Of a stretch of DNA of 64,000 nt, positions 57,688 to 64,000 are shown piece after piece. The DNA is from Schizochytrium sp. TIO01 (Eukaryota > Protista > Bigyra: Labyrinthulomycetes): NCBI GenBank assembly GCA_004764695.1, contig SMSO01000025.1, positions 3,906,001-3,970,000 of the forward strand. Reading direction: 5' to 3'. Under the pieces are notes generated by a model that saw only the letters and a list, made by a program, of their open reading frames with translations, ran no database searches and was not told the origin of the DNA. The position numbers were made by a program, and so were the translations under genes. Each line of letters opens with the position of its first letter. Positions within the stretch are counted from its first letter, which is position 1.

Positions 57688-58945
57688 ATATCGTAAACTC
57701 CCCCCTTTCCTGTAAACACACAAAATCGGTGTTATTTTAATATGCTTCCTGCTACATCTGCTCAACATACAAACACAAATCATCAAGATTACAACCTCTA
57801 CTCTGTCGAGTCAACTTTTCTAAAAATAATCACATCTATCCACATTTTATCACCATTTTATTTTCCCATCGCATTCGCAAAGTTTTCCTTACACTCATTT
57901 GCCACGCTTCTTGTATATAGCGTTAACTTTGAGCTTTGTGCTGACATGTTTCATTCTAATGTCACTTTTAATTATAACTTAAGTTGTCAAGGTTCCACCA
58001 AATTGAAATTAAGCCTAAGAGCTGCCGAGGTATCTTTCTTGCAAAGACGAGCTGTTGATGGCCCTGCTTGTCATGTCTCTTGCTCACTTACAGGATGATA
58101 CTCTTTTATATTAAAAATTAAAAATGTTTCAAACAGCTAATCATTTGCCAACGACCTTTTATATTAGTCAAATTTAGGTGATGGGCTTTGAGGGAGACTT
58201 CGCTGAGTATTGAATAAATAAGGTTACTAGCAATCGCTTCTCACTAGATCCCAGAGACTATATGCCATTCCTCCCGCCATGATGACAGCCAACAGGACTC
58301 ATTCCTAACGAAGATCGAATAACTTTTGGAATCGCTCGAAATCACAACTTTTGATATTAAAATAAATTCTTTCTAAGTTTAGAATGACAGCATTTCAAAG
58401 AAATACAAAGAAATACAAAGAATTGCTGAGTACACTCAAGATTGGCAATACAAAGATTAGTGAAGAAATTTGTCATTAGAAAGAAGCACGATACGCGCCC
58501 AAGGTATGGCGTATAACAAATAAAAAAGAAAGGCAGAGGTGAAGGGTTACATATGCCAATAATGTTCCGCTGACATTTCACACTTCTTCAAATTCTTTGA
58601 AATAATGAAGACATTGCCCAATCGCATCGTTTTCCAAAATGGAGATGAGGGTAGTAAGAAATTTTCAAGAGCTTTTGATACAGCACAGTGTTAAATCATG
58701 TTCTAAAATTGAAATTTTGTCATTTGTATTTTTAACCGTAGCTTTGTTCATTTCCAAGGCCTCTTCACATGATATTCCCTGTGACTGTGGAAAACCCTAA
58801 TCCAAAGACCATGTATACACTCAGTTGCGGGAATTTGCGGCTAATCATTTCTAGTCCTAAAGCACATAGCGAAATGTAATGGCAACAAATATATGCTTGA
58901 TAAGCCTCAGTATTTATTGAAGGTTAGCTTGTGTAGACGAGAGGT

Positions 58946-58992
58946 ACCCTGGCAAGAGAGTGAACCCTGGCAAGAGAGTGAACCCTGGCAAG
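58946..58992. repeat. 18-bp tandem repeat ACCCTGGCAAGAGAGTGA (about 2.6 copies)
   Basis: Directly visible between the convergent NRT2 and nitrite reductase 3' ends. Confidence 0.85.
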
Positions 58993-59753
58993 TGGTGGAA
59001 TAAATTCTTGCCAAAGAATCTGAAAGAGGAAAGATTAATATTAAGGCCATTGAGGTTCCACATACAGACAGGTTGAGTGAATAATGTTGGACAAAAGGGT
59101 TAGGTTAGCCTCGGCTGAGGGAAGGCATCTAGCTGGTTATTAATTCAACGGTGTTCAAGACTATATATTTGCACTACACATTAAGAAGTGTGCGAATAGC
59201 TGAGGTATGGCGTAAAGGTCACAAGCCCAGACGTCTCAACCTCTCCAGATCTGTGCAAGACGAATTACCCCTAAACTTGCTCATTTTAAATTTATAGCAT
59301 AATCTTCCATTTGCGAGGTGTACATTAGAATCCAAATATTACACAGTATTCTCCAAAACTTTCACACATGCTACCCTATTCTTGCCAGCCAAAGATACCT
59401 AGTTTACTCTCTCAGTAGTTCGGAGAAGGGATTCTACATGAATCATTTTTAAGAAAAAGGTTGGAAGTTCCAAATTTTAATACTTTGCTAAGAGATTAAG
59501 GGATTGGATCAAGTGCTAGTCGATGCTTAATGATCTGACTGAAGCAGAACAAGAAATGCCAATGTCACAGATGATCAAATTCTTGCTGATACGAGTTAGA
59601 GACTTTGTATTATAGGAGTAAGATTGTATATCATGTTAATATTTTGTAAGGCCTCTTGTTAAAGACAAAGAGGAATAACTTGAAGAAATATACACTTCGG
59701 GAAAATATTGCTTAGGAGCAATCATATTAGCGAGCATGCCGTTTTAAGAGAAT

Positions 59754-62700
59754 TTACCAATCAAGCTTCGTGTCGCCGCAGCATCCGCCAGAGCTGTTCG
59801 ATGAAGTCTCCATTTCAATGAGACTCTCTTCAGGGGAAGAATATGCTGCAGCTGCCTTGCTCGACTCCGCCATTGCAGGAGTGATACGGTACTTATCTGA
59901 ACCCAAGACGGCATCGAGCTCCTCCTCCGAAGGCAAAAGAAGAGATACGCGGCCTGTGACGGTGTCAAGACGAGTTCGGAAAGTCCACAATTCGTAACGC
60001 TCATCGTCCAGGCATTTGCCAGTAGTAAGAATGTAGCGCTTCTTGTGAATTGGGCAGGCTACCTTGGGTAAGCCACCAGCATCTCCGACGAGACCGCTCG
60101 AGAGGACAAAGGAGTTGCGGTGGGGGCACATGTTTTGTGTCGCGAAAAGACGGAACTGAGGGCCAGTCTTACCTGCCGTGCTGAGCTTGAAGAGTGCAAG
60201 CTCAGAGTTACCATAGCGCAAGGTCACGCCAGAATCCAAAAGCACATCATCGACATGCACCAAATCGACCCACTTCTCTCCGCCGGGAAAGCGACCACGA
60301 GGAGCGCCCTCCTTAGCCTCACTATCGTCTGAGTCAGACTCAAGCTCAATAACTGGGTTGCTGATAGGCTTGGGTACATGGGGCAGAGCATCCCAGTCCT
60401 TAGGCCAGTCTGCCGGACGTTGCTGACCACGCTCTGTAATGAATTCAATGCCACGCTGGGACTTGGCCGGCTGGTTGGCGTACTGCGCAAACTCTTTGCG
60501 GCGCTCAGGATTGCGAACGACCTCAGCCCACTCACATTTGTAAGTATTGATGAGTCTGGACATTTGGAACTCAAGCTCCTCGCAGATTCCGAGCTTGTCA
60601 TCAATAATGACGCTCTTGAGATAGTCAACTCCACCTTCGAGGGCTTCTAGCCAGCGTGCAGTCCGTTGCAACTTGTCGGCAGTGCGAATGTAAAACATGA
60701 GGAAGCGATCGAGGTACTTGATGACAGTCTCTTCGTCAATGCCACTGGCCATGAGGGTTGCGTGGCGAGGCTTGCTGCCACCATTTCCTCCCACATACAG
60801 GTTATAGCCCTGCTCCGTGGCAATGAGTCCAAAATCCTTACTCTGCGCCTCTGCACATTCACGGATGCATCCGGAGACGGCACCCTTGAGCTTGTGTGGA
60901 GAGCGAATTCCACGGTAGCGCTCCTCGACCTCGATGGCAAATCCCACACTGTCGCGCATTCCAAATCGGCACCACGTAGATCCAACGCATGATTTGACGG
61001 TTCGCAAGGCTTTGCCGTAGGCATGGCCACTCTCAAAGCCAGCATTGACAAGGTCCTCCCAAATATCCGGAAGCTGGTGACGCTCTGCTCCGAAGAGATC
61101 AATGCGTTGACCTCCGGTGATTTTCGTGTACAGACCATACTTTTTCGCAATTTCGCCGAGCACGATGAGCTTTTCCGGTGTGATTTCACCTCCGGGTACA
61201 CGTGGTACGACAGAGTAAGATCCGCCGCGTTGGATGTTTCCAAGGAATCGATCGTTGGTGTCTTGCAAAGGAGCGTGGTCCTTGGATACCACGAGGTCGT
61301 TCCAAAGAGAGGCAAAAATACTGGCGATAGCGGGACGGCACAGCTCGCAGCCACGGTACACCGCAGCGGGGGCCGTGCTGTGACTCTCGTACAGCTCTGT
61401 AAAGGTCTTGATCTCGTTGATCTGGATAATGTGGAAGAGCTCCTGACGCGTGAAACGGAAGTGCTCGCAGAGGCTGTTGTCCACTTCTTTTCCGAGCTTG
61501 CCCATCTCATCGACAAGCAGGGTCTGAATCAATGGTTTGCAGCCACCACAGCTGATTCCTGCCTTGGTGCAAGCACCAATCGCGGAGACAGTTTCACATC
61601 CCTTGTCGCGCACAGAGGCGCAGATGCTGCCCTTGGAGACATCGTTACAAGAACAAACTTGGGCATCATCATCCATGTCCAAAATGCTTACACCGCCACC
61701 AGCGCTGCCACCTGTGGCACTTGGCGGAGGCAATAAAGACGTGCCAGAGACCTTGAGAGGCTTGGAGCTCTTGGCAAGCATTGTAAGCGTACCGTAGTCG
61801 CTTGCCTCACCAACGAGAATTCCGCCAAGCAAATGCTTGCCGTCCTTCGTAAAGGTAAGCTTACGGTAAATTCCTGCGAGGGGGTCCTCAAATGCTAGGG
61901 AGAGCGCATCTTCACGGTTCTCCGAGTTCTCGTCAAGCGAATAGTCGCCAAAACTTGCGACATCCACGCCCATGAGCTTAAGCTTTGTGCTCATGTCACC
62001 AGCCGTGAAAGTCTTGGGCTCAGCTTTGCCTTCCGGGTTGACAAGGTTATAAGCCACAACTGCAGCCATATCATAGCATGGTCCAACGAGACCGTAGCAG
62101 AGACCACGATGGCAGGCGCACTCACCAACGGCAAAAATATTTGGGTCCGAGGTGGCCATATGGTCGTCAACCTCAATACCCCCGCCAAAGCTCTCTGAGG
62201 TTCTCACTGTGCCTGCCGTGGTCGCAAGCTCGTCGCGAGGGCGGATGCCTGCTGCAATGATGACCATGTCGACGTCGATAGTGAAGTTGTCTTCAGGGTT
62301 CGGTGCTCCAACGTGAAGGCGGGAAACTCGACCGTTTTCAGAGTCGATACGCGAGGTGCGAGCTTTGGTATGTACTTTGTACCCCATGGCCTCGATTGTG
62401 CGAATGAGTTGGCGTCCCGCTTTGCCATCGAGCTGCCGGCGCATGAGATGCGGAGAGCTGTCGAGCACTCGGACGTCCTTGACTCCGAGGTGCTCGCTGC
62501 ACACACGCATGGCCTCAAGACCGAGGAGACCGCCTCCAATGACGACAGCAGACTTGATCTCGTTGGCCTCAGCGAACTTGATCATGTCGTCGAGATCGTC
62601 GATTGTGCGATATACAAAGAGGCCCTCAGGATGCTGCTCAGGAGGACAGTTGCACTGTTGAGCGCCGTCTTGGCTGCCATAGAACTGCGTGAGCAGGTGC

Positions 62701-63092
62701 GTTTTGCAGGTTCCCTGGATTGGCGGCACGAAAGGGACACTGCCAGTGGCGAGGATGAGCTTGTCATACTGAATCTGGTCACCCTTGAGAGTGGACAGGG
62801 TGCGGTTGGCGCTGTCGATGCTCTGGACGCGATCTTTGCTTCGCAGCGTAACCTGAGCCTTGTTGCTGTCGTACCAGTCTTGCTGCTGCAAGTGGAGGAC
62901 ACTTGGGTCTTTGTGTTCAAAGTATGAGGTGAGCTTGACGCGGTCATATGCAGGGTGCGATTCTTCGCCGAAGACGAGGATCTCTGGTTTCTCCTCCTCT
63001 GGCAAAGATGCACTGTTTTCCACTAGTTTTTCCACGAGGCGCTGACCAGCCATGCCGTGGCCCACCACAACGATCTTCTCGCGGGAGGGCAT
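59754..63092 (-). CDS. niiA: Assimilatory NAD(P)H nitrite reductase, NirB-NirD fused (fungal NiiA-like)
   Basis: FAD motif VVVGHGMAG, ATGS, NAD motif IGGGLLGLEA, two BFD-like 2Fe-2S sets (CSCN..CGGC; CEHF..CELC), siroheme/4Fe-4S ligands CVGSTWC and SGCIREC, C-terminal Rieske-like domain (NMCPH...ACPIH). Confidence 0.96.
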   Translation of the reverse strand: MPSREKIVVVGHGMAGQRLVEKLVENSASLPEEEKPEILVFGEESHPAYDRVKLTSYFEHKDPSVLHLQQQDWYDSNKAQVTLRSKDRVQSIDSANRTLSTLKGDQIQYDKLILATGSVPFVPPIQGTCKTHLLTQFYGSQDGAQQCNCPPEQHPEGLFVYRTIDDLDDMIKFAEANEIKSAVVIGGGLLGLEAMRVCSEHLGVKDVRVLDSSPHLMRRQLDGKAGRQLIRTIEAMGYKVHTKARTSRIDSENGRVSRLHVGAPNPEDNFTIDVDMVIIAAGIRPRDELATTAGTVRTSESFGGGIEVDDHMATSDPNIFAVGECACHRGLCYGLVGPCYDMAAVVAYNLVNPEGKAEPKTFTAGDMSTKLKLMGVDVASFGDYSLDENSENREDALSLAFEDPLAGIYRKLTFTKDGKHLLGGILVGEASDYGTLTMLAKSSKPLKVSGTSLLPPPSATGGSAGGGVSILDMDDDAQVCSCNDVSKGSICASVRDKGCETVSAIGACTKAGISCGGCKPLIQTLLVDEMGKLGKEVDNSLCEHFRFTRQELFHIIQINEIKTFTELYESHSTAPAAVYRGCELCRPAIASIFASLWNDLVVSKDHAPLQDTNDRFLGNIQRGGSYSVVPRVPGGEITPEKLIVLGEIAKKYGLYTKITGGQRIDLFGAERHQLPDIWEDLVNAGFESGHAYGKALRTVKSCVGSTWCRFGMRDSVGFAIEVEERYRGIRSPHKLKGAVSGCIRECAEAQSKDFGLIATEQGYNLYVGGNGGSKPRHATLMASGIDEETVIKYLDRFLMFYIRTADKLQRTARWLEALEGGVDYLKSVIIDDKLGICEELEFQMSRLINTYKCEWAEVVRNPERRKEFAQYANQPAKSQRGIEFITERGQQRPADWPKDWDALPHVPKPISNPVIELESDSDDSEAKEGAPRGRFPGGEKWVDLVHVDDVLLDSGVTLRYGNSELALFKLSTAGKTGPQFRLFATQNMCPHRNSFVLSSGLVGDAGGLPKVACPIHKKRYILTTGKCLDDERYELWTFRTRLDTVTGRVSLLLPSEEELDAVLGSDKYRITPAMAESSKAAAAYSSPEESLIEMETSSNSSGGCCGDTKLDW

Positions 63093-63110
63093 CTTTTTGT
63101 AGCTTAACTT

Positions 63111-63155
63111 AATGACTTGACTTGACTTGGCTTGGTCTTGGTCTTGGTCTTGGTC
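63111..63155. repeat. (GACTT)n/(CTTGGT)n short repeats in the nitrite reductase 5' leader
   Basis: Directly visible just upstream of the ATG. Confidence 0.75.
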
Positions 63156-64000
63156 TCAAGCGATGCAACACGCGAGACGCAATGGATAAAGACAGGGGGG
63201 GAAGTGCTGAGAAAGGATAATTCTTACCAACTTGGGTTGGGGATCTGTAGAGATCTGTAATTTGTTTAGTTGAGTTGGTCTCCACGCTGGGTAGCTGGAC
63301 CAAGTAGTTTTGGCTTTGGCTTCTCCTGACCTTGCGCTTTCGGGCCGACAGCAAGAACCTCTCTTTATCTATATGATGTTGCCTATGAAAAGATGAACAG
63401 GTTTTTATCTTATCTTTTCTTTTTTACAGTACTAGTACCTCCTACTGCCATACGATTTTAAAATGTTTAATTTAATTTTTAAAAATAAAATAAAAAATTA
63501 AACATGTTTTTTATTCTATCGTTTCTCATTCAATTCAACAACTGCAACTTTTTACTCATCTGTGTAGTTACTTAGTGTTTTGTTTCTTTATTGACTGGGC
63601 ATGGTCATCGCACAGCCAGCGAACGCCTTCTAAGTCCGCGAGACTGCATTTTCCAGTCCAGTAAGTTCCCCCTGTTTAGACCCAGCTCAGAGGGTTCTTA
63701 TGCGTCGCCCCACTTTATTTATTTCTCCCCCCCGCTCTCTCCGCATAAAGCACGACCGCGAATCCACGCAAAGCTTTCTGTCGCCGACATGAACTTTTTA
63801 AGTGGTACTGTACTCCTTTCAGCCAGCTCGATGGTCCCCTTTCCCTTGGCCCTGCAGCGCCTTTTTAGTTTACGCAGCACCTTTCGAGCCAATCCTTGAA
63901 GGACAAAGCGTTTTCTCTTTTCTTTGGTCGCTACAGCGACATCTGTCAACATCAACTGACTTCTCTTTCTTCCCATTTTAGGGTAAATCCACAAAGGTTG

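Noticed and set aside
58946-58992. 18-bp repeats as a possible CRISPR-like array
   Set aside because: Contiguous tandem copies without spacers, eukaryotic context and no cas genes.
60224-63045. Multiple 100-290 aa alternative-frame and antisense ORFs within nitrite reductase
   Set aside because: Shadows of a GC-rich, codon-biased CDS with no independent motifs.

Overview
Eukaryotic nuclear DNA with mostly intronless genes, one clear GT-AG intron and microsatellite-rich intergenic DNA. Gene content and style suggest a heterotrophic stramenopile such as a thraustochytrid/labyrinthulomycete, which is an inference. 0.4-24.3 kb is a gene-dense housekeeping block: a HACD/PTPLA dehydratase fused to a large SDR-like domain, a PWI splicing factor, Pop7/Rpp20, PDI, NDOR1/Tah18, a FAAH-type amidase, a Qc-SNARE, TFIIF-alpha and a bromodomain-ET protein. 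A hairpin-rich non-coding stretch lies at about 11.0-13.2 kb. A ~12.8 kb region with no convincing CDS precedes a polyQ/H putative transcription factor (37.2-38.7 kb). Next come two tandem paralogues of an unrecognised protein family, each with a conserved array of heat-shock elements about 190 bp upstream, then DDX52/Rok1 and a PatB/MalY-type C-S lyase. The window ends in a nitrate-assimilation cluster: uroporphyrinogen-III methyltransferase (siroheme), an NRT2 transporter and a fused NirB-NirD NAD(P)H nitrite reductase. The most promising novel items are the HSE-driven orphan gene pair, the HACD-SDR fusion and the candidate structured RNA locus. All calls come from reading motifs by eye; no searches were run.
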